In this document: one piece after another, positions 1 through 8,847 of the stretch
Layout of the letters: the number at the start of each line of letters is the position of its first letter
How positions within the stretch are numbered: position 1 is the first letter of the stretch
Origin: Bacillus subtilis subsp. subtilis str. 168
GTDB lineage: Bacteria > Bacillota > Bacilli > Bacillales > Bacillaceae
Direction of reading: 5' to 3'
Assembly: GCF_000009045.1 (NCBI RefSeq)
Contig: NC_000964.3
Location: 2,190,001 to 2,222,000 of the forward strand
DNA length: 32,000 bases
The notes under the pieces: generated by a model
The model's input: only the letters and a program-made list of their open reading frames with translations
Database searches by the model: none
Told to the model about the DNA's origin: nothing
Program-made: the position numbers and the translations under genes

Positions 1-785
1 ATGAATTTAGTTAGAACAGCAATATAGTCATAAAAAACTTGATTCTGCGTTCCATTGCGTCCAGCCAGTGTAAAAGTATTAAACATTTCTCTTCGTTGTT
101 CAGTGCTTATTTCAAGTTGAATACTCATACCAGTGCTATTTTTATTAGCAATGTTCTGCTCATTTGTGCCTGCTAAACGGGAATCTTCAGACAGTAATTC
201 TGCAGAAAAGCCTGCATCGGTAAGTAATGATGTGATCTTTGCTGCTTTTTCTCTGTCTGTCCCACCAACTAAAGTGTGTTTCTTACTTGATGCATACCCA
301 TGAATTGAGATTGTTAAATCATGCTTACTCAATAAATCTAAAGCTTGAGGTTCATCGAAATTCGTACTTGTAATATGCAACTCAGAAGCTCCTGGTATCC
401 TTAAACCTTCAAATAGATAGGCAGAGTAAGACTTACTTAATTCTCTTGCAAGCTCACTAGTCCCTCCTTCAATACCTCCACCATGGGGTGCCAGAATAAG
501 CACTCTCCTGTCAACATCGGTAGTTAGAATGTTATAGCTCAAAGGTGACTCATTTTCTTTCAACTCTTCAAAATTACTATACTTATCTGCAGCTAGAACT
601 GAATTGGGATTAAACAATGCAAACAATGAAGTAACTAGGATTGGAAAAGACTTCTTGTCTGTGATATACTTATATAGCTTCGTAACCTTGCGAAGTGTGC
701 GGTAGAGAAGGACTGGCCCGCCAAAGCTTGCCTTCTCTGCCCCCTTAACTCTTTTTTCTACTATTCTGTTTTTAAACTTTAACAA
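1..785 (-). CDS. yoqZ: Poly-gamma-glutamate hydrolase-like exported protein (YoqZ/PghZ type), 3'-truncated at window edge
   Basis: Hand-translated open frame from TTG(785) to window edge: ...ILAPHGGGIEGGTSELARELSKSYSAYLFEGLR...LTISIHGYASSKKHTLVGGTD...; signal-like segment KSFPILVTSLFALFNPNSVLA; SD AAGGAGAG 7 nt upstream. Not in supplied ORF track. Confidence 0.8.
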   Translation of the reverse strand, partial: MLKFKNRIVEKRVKGAEKASFGGPVLLYRTLRKVTKLYKYITDKKSFPILVTSLFALFNPNSVLAADKYSNFEELKENESPLSYNILTTDVDRRVLILAPHGGGIEGGTSELARELSKSYSAYLFEGLRIPGASELHITSTNFDEPQALDLLSKHDLTISIHGYASSKKHTLVGGTDREKAAKITSLLTDAGFSAELLSEDSRLAGTNEQNIANKNSTGMSIQLEISTEQRREMFNTFTLAGRNGTQNQVFYDYIAVLTKF

Positions 786-883
786 TCAACAACTCTCCTT
801 AAATAGGTTTATTTTTATTTTTTACTTTCATCTTATAAGCAATCACATTAGTACCACCCCCTTCTCCGAATAAAAAATTACTT

Positions 884-1279
884 TTATGCAGACTCAATAC
901 TGATGCCAGTATCTTTTAACAATTCAATTTGTTCCGATGGAATATCCGATTTCACCATACTCCACCCGACTAAGGTCATTCCGTAATAAAGATCGGTTAG
1001 TTCAACTTCATCATTCAACTCACCTTTTAATCGAATCATTCGATCTTTATATTTTTCATGACCAACAATATCAAAGCTCTGATTATAAATTGCATATGTT
1101 TTACCGTTTGCTTCGTTGTCTTGATATGGGGTATAGACTGCCCTGCCGTCAGACAAGCTCGGATCAGTTTTCAACCATTCATATACCTCTTCATCAGATT
1201 GAGCAAGCAAATATGTAAAGATACCCCGCTCACTTCCCTTGGGTGCAAAGTGCTCTAACATAATTTCATATAAGTTCAT
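884..1279 (-). CDS. Conserved SPbeta-like protein (YoqY position)
   Basis: 131-aa ORF, colinear with SPbeta gene order; start may be ATG inside the given frame. Confidence 0.65.
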   Translation of the reverse strand: MNLYEIMLEHFAPKGSERGIFTYLLAQSDEEVYEWLKTDPSLSDGRAVYTPYQDNEANGKTYAIYNQSFDIVGHEKYKDRMIRLKGELNDEVELTDLYYGMTLVGWSMVKSDIPSEQIELLKDTGISIESA

Positions 1280-1333
1280 TTCAATTACCTCCCTGGATTC
1301 TGGTTAAAATATCGTTTTTATCTAGATTTCTGT

Positions 1334-1597
1334 TTACTTATTTCTTCTAATTTTATTTTTATCCAACAAATCAATAATGTAAGTTTCAAACATGTCATCC
1401 CAATAAGGATCTGTTCTCGCTATGTATTTCTTTGTTCTTCCGTTCTCCTCAATCTTAAAGGTTTGCCCCTTTTGAATATCGGTGAACTTTTTCTTTCTCC
1501 ATATTCCCCTAATCAACACATCAACTTCTTTAACCTCAACTGTTTGCTGCGGCATCACATTCCTCCTTTTTGATTTTCGTGTATCAAGCCTGTACAA
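1334..1597 (-). CDS. Small conserved phage protein (YoqX position)
   Basis: 87-aa ORF; internal ATG ([17 protein letters not shown]) preceded by AGGAGGAAT is the likelier start. Confidence 0.65.
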
Positions 1598-1625
1598 TAT
1601 TCAAAAACCCTAAAGGATGATGAAC

Positions 1626-2300
1626 ATGTGTGGCAGGTTCACTTTATTTTCTGAGTTTGATGACATCATTGAGCAATTCAATATAGATCAATTCTTACCT
1701 GAAGGTGAATATCACCCTAGCTATAATGTCGCTCCTTCACAAAACATCCTGACAATCATCAACGATGGATCCAATAACCGTCTGGGCAAACTTAGATGGG
1801 GTCTTATCCCTCCATGGGCTAAAGACGAAAAGATCGGCTATAAAATGATTAATGCCCGTGCTGAAACATTGTCCGAGAAACCCAGCTTTCGAAAGCCGCT
1901 CGTAAGCAAACGTTGTATCATACCGGCTGACAGTTTTTATGAATGGAAACGCCTTGATCCAAAGACTAAGATTCCTATGCGGATTAAACTTAAATCGTCC
2001 AATCTCTTCGCTTTTGCAGGCTTATACGAAAAGTGGAACACACCAGAAGGCAATCCTTTATACACTTGCACAATCATTACAACAAAGCCTAATGAGCTTA
2101 TGGAAGACATCCATGATCGGATGCCGGTTATCCTTACTGATGAGAACGAAAAGGAATGGCTCAACCCTAAAAATACTGATCCTGATTATCTACAAAGCTT
2201 ACTGCAGCCATATGATGCTGATGACATGGAAGCATACCAGGTTTCATCTTTAGTGAATTCACCTAAAAACAATTCACCTGAGCTCATTGAATCCCATTAA
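1626..2300 (+). CDS. yoqW: SOS response-associated peptidase / HMCES-YedK family (DNA-protein crosslink at abasic sites)
   Basis: MCGRF N-terminus (Cys2 after Met removal), MINARAET, FYEWK and HDRMPV catalytic-site motifs. Track ORF starts 3 codons upstream at 1617. Confidence 0.93.
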   Translation: MCGRFTLFSEFDDIIEQFNIDQFLPEGEYHPSYNVAPSQNILTIINDGSNNRLGKLRWGLIPPWAKDEKIGYKMINARAETLSEKPSFRKPLVSKRCIIPADSFYEWKRLDPKTKIPMRIKLKSSNLFAFAGLYEKWNTPEGNPLYTCTIITTKPNELMEDIHDRMPVILTDENEKEWLNPKNTDPDYLQSLLQPYDADDMEAYQVSSLVNSPKNNSPELIESH

Positions 2301-2369
2301 GTACCACTGCCATATCGCTTTATATATCACCTTCGCTTAGCTAATATGTTCTAAGTAGGAGGTGATATT

Positions 2370-3182
2370 TTGTTTGTATCGCCAATGCTATTGCATTCAA
2401 TAAAAGAGCCTTTTAACGACGAGAACTATATCACTGAGCTCAAATTTGATGGAATCAGACTCATCCTTTCTAAATTTGATAATCAGATTAAGCTATACAC
2501 TCGTCACAACAACGAAGTAACAAGTAAGTTCCCAGAACTCATGGACTTAGATATTCCAGATGGAACAGTGCTCGATGGTGAAGTTATTGTAGCTGCCTCA
2601 GGTGGTGCTCCTGACTTTGAGGCTGTAATGGAACGTTTTATGTCCAAAAAATCAGCTCATAATATTGTTTACTGTGTCTTTGATGTTATCTACAAAGACG
2701 GTCAATCAATTGCAGCTAAGCCACTCACTGAGCGTAAGACAGTTCTGAATTCACTTGAACTGGATCATCCTAATGTCTTTGTTATAGAGGGAACTCAAGG
2801 TAACGGTCTTGCTTACTTCAACCTGGCCAAAGAAAAGAATTTAGAGGGAATCGTAATCAAGAAAGCTAACTCCCCTTATGAGATCAATAAACGTTCGCAT
2901 AATTGGCTTAAAGTGATTAATTACGATTACACTGAGGTTCTCATAACTGGCTACACCAAAAAGGATATAAAATTCCTTCTGTCTTATCCTGATGGAACTT
3001 CAGCTGGATTTATGGAATTTATGCCACATGCAGAACGAACTAAGTTCCACTCTATGAAACAAGTTAAGTCTGAATCTGATGAATATGTATTTATCGAACC
3101 TATCTTATGTAACGTTAAGCACAGATTTAAGACTAAGCACGGTAAACTCCGCATACCTTCCTTTGAATCCTGGAGAGTGTAA
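2370..3182 (+). CDS. yoqV: ATP-dependent DNA ligase
   Basis: 270 aa; nucleotidyltransferase motif I ELKFDGIRLIL, motif DGTVLDGEVIV, EGIVIKK, NWLKVI; TTG start after AGGAGGTG. Confidence 0.95.
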   Translation: MFVSPMLLHSIKEPFNDENYITELKFDGIRLILSKFDNQIKLYTRHNNEVTSKFPELMDLDIPDGTVLDGEVIVAASGGAPDFEAVMERFMSKKSAHNIVYCVFDVIYKDGQSIAAKPLTERKTVLNSLELDHPNVFVIEGTQGNGLAYFNLAKEKNLEGIVIKKANSPYEINKRSHNWLKVINYDYTEVLITGYTKKDIKFLLSYPDGTSAGFMEFMPHAERTKFHSMKQVKSESDEYVFIEPILCNVKHRFKTKHGKLRIPSFESWRV

Positions 3183-3247
3183 TCTCTCCGTTACATAACT
3201 TCTTAGAGCCTAGCCTTTTAAAATTCAATGAAAATTTAGTACATGGA

Positions 3248-3661
3248 TCAATTAGTATTCATCCATTCATCGAAGCTATAAGGATAATCAACAGTCTCTA
3301 TAAACCCTATTTCTTTTGCCTTCTGACGGATTTTCATACATCCTTCATAGCTGTAAGCCCATATTTCTTTATAATCCCTCAGCTCGCCGCATTTCCCTGT
3401 TATGATGAACTTTCTAAAACTGTTGACCAGTTGCCACATGTTGCCTCCATGCGAAAAGCCGTTTGGACTCCCGTATCCCATTTCATACGGATAAACGTCA
3501 TCACCCGTGTAATCATCAACGAAGAACAGTTTTTTCTTAAACCTGAAATACGCTATACGATCCTTTGACTTGCGGTAGAATGTACGATGATCAATGCTTG
3601 CAATAAGCTTTATCAGATCATTAATATCGTTCATGCGTTTTATTTGCTCTTGATTTGGCAC
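3248..3661 (-). CDS. Conserved SPbeta-like protein of unknown function
   Basis: 137-aa ORF; internal Met at MNDINDL may be the true start. Confidence 0.6.
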   Translation of the reverse strand: MPNQEQIKRMNDINDLIKLIASIDHRTFYRKSKDRIAYFRFKKKLFFVDDYTGDDVYPYEMGYGSPNGFSHGGNMWQLVNSFRKFIITGKCGELRDYKEIWAYSYEGCMKIRQKAKEIGFIETVDYPYSFDEWMNTN

Positions 3662-3826
3662 TACGGTTACCTCCTTCCATTAAAATAAATATTTTATTTT
3701 AAATGCTATTTTTCTTTAAACCTTTTTAAATTTCCAAGCTTCATTTCACCTTTATTACTGCAAGCAGGTTGTCATACGCTTGCCATATAAAAGAGACTGG
3801 ACATTTTTGTCTCGGAGGTGAAATAA

Positions 3827-3976
3827 ATGGAATTAATCTTAGATTGTTTCGTGAATTGGTCATTTGACAAAATCATGGACTACATCTTAATTGCAGGACT
3901 TTATTTTGTGTTCAAATCGAAATCTAAACAGAATTATCCTGATCACTTCGAAGAAAAACGCCGGCATAGAAATTAA
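3827..3976 (+). CDS. yoqT: Small membrane protein, 49 aa (YoqT-like)
   Basis: Hand-translated MELILDCFVNWSFDKIMDYILIAGLYFVFKSKSKQNYPDHFEEKRRHRN; SD GGAGGTG; not in ORF track. Confidence 0.75.
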   Translation: MELILDCFVNWSFDKIMDYILIAGLYFVFKSKSKQNYPDHFEEKRRHRN

Positions 3977-3984
3977 TACTTTAT

Positions 3985-4021
3985 GATCGTTATCGATACG
4001 TGTGCTTTTTCGATAACGATC
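3985..4021. repeat. 12-bp perfect inverted repeat (GATCGTTATCGA / TCGATAACGATC), 13-nt loop
   Basis: Read directly; sits between convergent genes, no clear U-tract. Confidence 0.85.
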
Positions 4022-4052
4022 CATCCTAATATGTTTAGTTAAAAACTATCTT

Positions 4053-4400
4053 TTATTCAATCTCTATATTCAACCCAGTTGATCCAACTTTGATTTCCCT
4101 CATCTCTCCAATCTGTGGCATATATAAATGTTTCTTTTCATTAGAAACAATTTCACCCTTCCAACAACCGTTTTGCACAAAGGATTTTGTCCCGATTGGT
4201 AAAGTTTGAAGATCTGCGTTCTCTATGTATTCTCCCTCCTCTCTATAAATATCTCCTTGTTCAGAAATCCTCCTTTTCGAAACTTTAATGTCGATTTTGT
4301 AAAGTGAATTTTCATCCTCAATCATTAATTTATATAGCCAATCAGTTATTTTTGATTGCTCTTCACTACCGTTAACCATATCGAAAATCTTCCTGTACAT
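4053..4400 (-). CDS. Hypothetical phage protein
   Basis: 115-aa ORF immediately downstream of the next gene (1 nt gap). Confidence 0.6.
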   Translation of the reverse strand: MYRKIFDMVNGSEEQSKITDWLYKLMIEDENSLYKIDIKVSKRRISEQGDIYREEGEYIENADLQTLPIGTKSFVQNGCWKGEIVSNEKKHLYMPQIGEMREIKVGSTGLNIEIE

Positions 4401-4401
4401 G

Positions 4402-4779
4402 TCATTCCTCTTCTTTTGAAAAATACTTGTCTACCACTTGTTTTTCTAAGTAAACGACACCGTCTATCAATATGCCTCTATGTATATCTACATCTTCAAC
4501 AGTAACGGTTCCGCCTTTCCAGAAGTTATTTAGGCAATCTTCTTTAACAGTTAATGTTTGACCCTTATAATAATCATTCGAATCTTCTTTATTACTATTC
4601 AATTCAAGAATCTGGTCATTAAATTGAATTGTCACACCATCAGCAATTATCTTATCTCGCCCAACTTTACTTAGCGAATCCGCTAAAATAACAAACTCCT
4701 GATTATATTCTCCTCCATTAACATCCACTGTAATTGAGTATTGATTTCTTTTTTTCATTGATTTCCCTTCCGACCCCAT
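4402..4779 (-). CDS. Hypothetical phage protein; likely start is [16 protein letters not shown]
   Basis: 125-aa ORF; overlaps start-stop with neighbouring ORF, operon-like. Confidence 0.6.
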
Positions 4780-5059
4780 CAGCTTGTCTAATAGTGTCTA
4801 ACAACTCTTTCTTCTTGAAATAGGTCTTTTCCAAACGATTTACTTCCTTTTGCAATTCAGTAGCAGCATCATACTTAACGATCCATTCTCCTACTCCACA
4901 GACTTCTCTTTGTTCTTTCTCAAACGTTTTTATGTGATGGCCTTCAAACCAAACCCTTACTCTTGTTCCGTTTTCAAATTCATTATTAAAAGCAGCTGCT
5001 TTCTCAGTTCCCGCATAAATACATTTATACTTGCTGTCATCGACTACATAAGTGTTCAT
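4718..5059 (-). CDS. Hypothetical phage protein, C-terminal coiled coil
   Basis: 113-aa [20 protein letters not shown]...; SD GGAG upstream. Confidence 0.65.
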
Positions 5060-5130
5060 TATCTCCGCTCCTTTAAATCACGATTTTAATTTAACTTTAA
5101 TGTGTATCATCTTGAGAAAATCCCCTTTAA

Positions 5131-5547
5131 TTGGTAAACTCATACTTAACTTACATAAGAGTAGGTGATTCCTTGAGTAAAACAATCGGTATTACTGGAT
5201 TTTTCTTAAGCATAGTAGTGCAATCATTTTCGGCGAATGATTCGCTATCCCACAAGATCGCTACGGGTTTATTATTTGTATCAATAGCAATTTATAATTT
5301 TGACCACGCTAAAGATTATTCCAAAGCATCCCTTGTCGTAATATGCCTCACCTTTTTCGTACTTGCCTTGGGTATTCATAAGCTTCTTTCCTTTTCGAGT
5401 GACTTATTTGACAATGTGAATATAAATTTCGGAGTAATATTCATCCTCCAAATCACATTAATAATTGGATCTGTTGCAATAGCTATCAGTATAATGAAAT
5501 TTATCTGTGATCGTCTAAAAAAGAAACCTAACGGTAAAGAGTGTTAA
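5131..5547 (+). CDS. yoqO: Four-helix membrane protein (YoqO-like)
   Basis: Multiple hydrophobic segments (ITGFFLSIVVQSF, IATGLLFVSIAI, VVICLTFFVLALGI, LIIGSVAIAISI); likely TTG start at MSKTIGITGFF. Confidence 0.6.
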   Translation: MVNSYLTYIRVGDSLSKTIGITGFFLSIVVQSFSANDSLSHKIATGLLFVSIAIYNFDHAKDYSKASLVVICLTFFVLALGIHKLLSFSSDLFDNVNINFGVIFILQITLIIGSVAIAISIMKFICDRLKKKPNGKEC

Positions 5548-5563
5548 TTCCTCTTTGCCTTTT

Positions 5564-5794
5564 TTATGCTAAATACTTCTTCTTATGTGGTCTTCTATGT
5601 ACAAAATCAAATGCTATATCAACTTTTGCATTTTCCTTCTCCTCTGCTACTCGCTCCGTAACAACGATTAGTTGTCCATTTTCCTGGCGGTCAATGCTAT
5701 GGACTGAATATCCTTTAGCAGCGTAATATTCTCCGATAATCTCATCAACGTGGTTGCTAAGCAGATTCCTCTTTATCACCAACATAACCTCCAC
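5564..5794 (-). CDS. Small conserved phage protein (YoqN-like)
   Basis: 76-aa ORF with AGGAGGTT SD upstream. Confidence 0.6.
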   Translation of the reverse strand: MEVMLVIKRNLLSNHVDEIIGEYYAAKGYSVHSIDRQENGQLIVVTERVAEEKENAKVDIAFDFVHRRPHKKKYLA

Positions 5795-5985
5795 TTATTT
5801 TATTTTTATTCTATAGTTTTTTATGATTCCATCCTATAATCCATCTCTCCATTTGCCTTCTCATCTATCACGACATTAACCGACACACAATTTCCATATG
5901 TATGGGAGTAATTTCGCTATTTTGCCTTCTTTAAAAACCATATAATGTAATTGCAATACATTAAAAGGAAATGGAGATGGTTCAA

Positions 5986-6264
5986 ATGAAATTAAGAAAA
6001 GTATTGACTGGTTCTGTTTTATCTCTTGGATTACTCGTTTCTGCTTCTCCTGCATTCGCTACTAGCCCATCTGCTATGGTTAAAGAGAATAACATTGTTC
6101 AAGACGAAATAAGTGTGAAAGAATTGCATACAAAGTATATTTACCATCACAATATTAATGATTTTAAAAATATTGAGAAAGACGAAAACGGTAGAAACTG
6201 GTACTTAAAAGGCATTGAATATAAAGATGGATGGTATGTAGGGAAGTACCAAGCAAATTATTGA
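5986..6264 (+). CDS. yoqM: Secreted small protein (YoqM)
   Basis: Signal peptide MKLRKVLTGSVLSLGLLVSASPAFA; ATG 5986 chosen over 5971 because AAAGGAAATGGAG is the SD. Confidence 0.75.
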   Translation: MKLRKVLTGSVLSLGLLVSASPAFATSPSAMVKENNIVQDEISVKELHTKYIYHHNINDFKNIEKDENGRNWYLKGIEYKDGWYVGKYQANY

Positions 6265-6270
6265 TTTATC

Positions 6271-6300
6271 GAGGGGGTGTTCCCCCCTCTTTCATTTTTA
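6271..6300 (+). terminator. Rho-independent terminator downstream of yoqM
   Basis: GAGGGGG-TGTTC-CCCCCTC followed by TTTCATTTTT. Confidence 0.85.
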
Positions 6301-6388
6301 GGAGATTTTTTGCGCTCAATGTTTTCAAATTCCCCTCTATTTACTTGTGCAAGTATCATTACAGTATCAATTATGTATTTGTTGCAGC

Positions 6389-7120
6389 CTATCCTTTTGT
6401 CCTCCATTCTGAATCTTGTCGTTCCTCTTTAAAACGATTTAGCCACTCTTTGATCTTTAGTAATCTTTCGGATGAAAAGTTTTTGTTTGATGAGTTGTAC
6501 CACTCTTCAAATGCAAAGTCGTGCTTTGAGCTATTGCAAGATTTACAAGCAGGTATGCAGTTGCTTATATCATTAGCCCCTTTGTGATCTACATGCTCTT
6601 TATGAAAATCACTTTGTATATAGGTTCCTTTGAATAATATCTTATGATCTTCAATTTTCAGCCCGCAATAGGAACACTTGTTGTTAAAATAGTCTTTGCA
6701 CTTTTGCCACTGTACATCTGTAATGTTATGTTTCTTGTGAGCATCTCTTTGTAAACGGTAGTTTTTTAATTTTAGCTTGTTCTTTTCTTGCCAGATTTGT
6801 TGTGTTTTTTTCTTTTTCAAACTTGAGTTGTATTTCTTTTTGGCCTCTTTCATCCCTGGAAGAAGATTTCTTTCCCTCATTCGTTCAAGCTGTTTGTCAT
6901 AATTCTTCAACATGCTTTCTTTAGCCTTTTTTAATACACAAGCTTTACAGTATGAATGAAGTCCATCCTTATTTTTCTTCACAGAGTAAAAATTCTCTTC
7001 AGTTGCCGGTAACCAGCTTTTACAACTTATACAATTCTTGTGATAATATCCGTTTATTATTTTATGCTTTTTACTATCAATTAATTTTTCACCTATATTA
7101 ATTGCCCCCTGCTCTTTAGT
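6389..7120 (-). CDS. yoqL: HNH endonuclease (YoqL-like) with N-terminal zinc-binding extension
   Basis: Track ORF 6389..6982 has the HNH core CSYCGLKIEDHKI...HKEHVDHKGANDISNCIPACKSCNSSKHD. The frame stays open to 7120 and encodes CISCKSWLPATEENFYSVKKNKDGLHSYCKAC, which completes a typical two-CxxC finger. The exact start codon is unknown. Confidence 0.8.
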   Translation of the reverse strand, partial: TKEQGAINIGEKLIDSKKHKIINGYYHKNCISCKSWLPATEENFYSVKKNKDGLHSYCKACVLKKAKESMLKNYDKQLERMRERNLLPGMKEAKKKYNSSLKKKKTQQIWQEKNKLKLKNYRLQRDAHKKHNITDVQWQKCKDYFNNKCSYCGLKIEDHKILFKGTYIQSDFHKEHVDHKGANDISNCIPACKSCNSSKHDFAFEEWYNSSNKNFSSERLLKIKEWLNRFKEERQDSEWRTKG

Positions 7121-7324
7121 CTATCTGTTAAACACATAATCATCAGTTAATTCCCTCTTGAATCGATAAAACTGTTTTATTTGATTTAGATCAATCCCAA
7201 CCCAGCAATTGTCCACCATCCACCCTTTTGGTTTTAATTCACTTACGAAATGCTTTCTGGCTTCAATATCATCAGAATATATGTACAATCGTTCTTCATA
7301 TGTTCTTTCTTCTATTAGTTTCAG
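7121..7324 (-). CDS. yoqK: Small protein (YoqK-like), non-ATG start
   Basis: Hand-translated (CTG start as one option) KLIEERTYEERLYIYSDDIEARKHFVSELKPKGWMVDNCWVGIDLNQIKQFYRFKRELTDDYVFNR*; SD AGGAGAGG; start uncertain. Confidence 0.5.
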   Translation of the reverse strand: MKLIEERTYEERLYIYSDDIEARKHFVSELKPKGWMVDNCWVGIDLNQIKQFYRFKRELTDDYVFNR

Positions 7325-7343
7325 AAAAGTTCACCTCTCCTTA

Positions 7344-7970
7344 TCATCCAACAAAATACGTAATATCTAATTCAAAATTAAAATCAGGATGAAGTCTCCA
7401 TAGCTGATGTCCTAAGTAAGTTTTCTTGGCGTAATTTAAGCAGTTTCTTGTACCACTTTTACTTCCATCATAAACAGCTACTATTGCCTCACTGTGATCA
7501 ATCATGTATTCATTTCGCTTTTGCATCTTAGCTGGCGAAAACTCTCCTGGTTTCTCTCCACTAACTTTATATTTATCTAATTCTTCAACATTAATAATCT
7601 CATCTGCTACATTAAGCATACGTTTGTACCACATTTTTTGGTCTGCAGACCAAACTTTATCTTGTTCTTTGAAAGGTGTGGCAATTATGTTTTTGATATG
7701 AGGGTGTTTCTTCTTTAGAATATGCACACACCAACAAGCAGCCTGATCAGTTCCTAACGCTCCTCCAGTTATAAACCTATACTTGTTTTCCTTAGTGATT
7801 AATTCTTCAATTACTGCAAGCAGCTTATCTTTGAGTTTAAGCATTGTTGGATTTTTCATATCGTATCCACCCAATTTGTTCGGCCTATGACCAGTGAAGC
7901 ACACAGTTTTCTTTCTTATAGACTCCTTTTCTTGATATATCCGCTCACGTTCATTTCTCTCAATTTCCAT
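7344..7970 (-). CDS. yoqJ: YpsA/SLOG-superfamily protein (YoqJ)
   Basis: KKTVCFTGHRPNKLGGY, ITGGALGTDQAA, SEAIVAVYDGSKSGTRNCLNYAKK motifs. Confidence 0.85.
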   Translation of the reverse strand: MEIERNERERIYQEKESIRKKTVCFTGHRPNKLGGYDMKNPTMLKLKDKLLAVIEELITKENKYRFITGGALGTDQAACWCVHILKKKHPHIKNIIATPFKEQDKVWSADQKMWYKRMLNVADEIINVEELDKYKVSGEKPGEFSPAKMQKRNEYMIDHSEAIVAVYDGSKSGTRNCLNYAKKTYLGHQLWRLHPDFNFELDITYFVG

Positions 7971-8069
7971 CTGCTTAATATATTCTGGATCACTAAGTTT
8001 TTTGAAATTGACTATCGGTTCTCACCCTTTCTTTAAAACAGTCTTTTTATTCAACCATTATTAACAGAC

Positions 8070-8264
8070 CTATTCATACTCAACAATGACTTCATGGTTA
8101 TCTACAAATAGATCATTCCCATTTGATAAGTGTACCCAGAAAGCTTCTTCTGGTTCTTCTCTATAGTCATAAATAGCAATTACCTTTGTATTTGATTCAT
8201 CATTTATCGGTTTACCTACAGTTATTTTTGTGTTTTCTTCAGGTAAAATAATCGATTTAATCAT
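8070..8264 (-). CDS. Small protein (YoqI position)
   Basis: 64-aa ORF in operon context. Confidence 0.6.
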   Translation of the reverse strand: MIKSIILPEENTKITVGKPINDESNTKVIAIYDYREEPEEAFWVHLSNGNDLFVDNHEVIVEYE

Positions 8265-8312
8265 TTACATCAATCCAATCCAAGTTTGTTTTACACTGTT
8301 GCCCCAAGACAT

Positions 8313-8765
8313 TCAATAACAGGACTCAATATTTTTCGTTAATATACTTGGCCCCAACTTTTGTGTGCTAGAATTTGACAGACGCACTTGCACTTTAACA
8401 TTCTTCATTTCGGCCGAAATTGTGTCAATTCTTCCCGCCCAACTAGGACTCTCTTCCTCAGGAGTAGGATAAAGTTTAAACCGCCAACTAATCTCACCTG
8501 GTTTAGTAGCAAATCCTTCGTAACTGTCGTAATTTCCAAAAGAAGAAGGTGCAGGAAGATGGACAGCAAGAATACTTATATTGGTTCTGGCAGCACTCGG
8601 TGGGTTCAATTGCACCTTATAGATTAATGCTACACCTTTAGCATTTTTAAGATTTTTATCTACCGGCTCCAGTATTACACTGCAAGGCATTGGACTGGCG
8701 TTTGTTTGAATGGGATAGGCAACAATAATACTTAAAAAGGATAAAACTAAAATAAATCGTTTCAT
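8313..8765 (-). CDS. yoqH: Secreted protein (YoqH)
   Basis: 150 aa with signal peptide MKRFILVLSFLSIIVAYPIQTNA; two Cys in the mature part. Confidence 0.75.
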   Translation of the reverse strand: MKRFILVLSFLSIIVAYPIQTNASPMPCSVILEPVDKNLKNAKGVALIYKVQLNPPSAARTNISILAVHLPAPSSFGNYDSYEGFATKPGEISWRFKLYPTPEEESPSWAGRIDTISAEMKNVKVQVRLSNSSTQKLGPSILTKNIESCY

Positions 8766-8847
8766 TGAAAATTCCTCACAATTTTTTTAGTTAATTTCCC
8801 TTATTTCTGGATTGATTATTCATTTGTATTTGATTAAAACTTCAATT

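Noticed and set aside
937-1218. Plus-strand ORFs opposite minus-strand genes (also 5541..5726, 6231..6587, 7504..7701, 8388..8627, 9306..9500, 9743..9952, 10058..10327, 11222..11527, 11664..12038, 15905..16126, 17027..17272, 18045..18251, 19733..19948, 24662..24919, 26406..26714, 28634..28885, 30366..30629)
   Set aside because: Shadow ORFs antisense to well-supported coding sequences; low-complexity Ser/Phe-rich translations, no Shine-Dalgarno sequences or domain motifs.
1939-2253. Overlapping plus-strand frame inside yoqW
   Set aside because: Embedded in a gene with intact catalytic motifs; no independent support.
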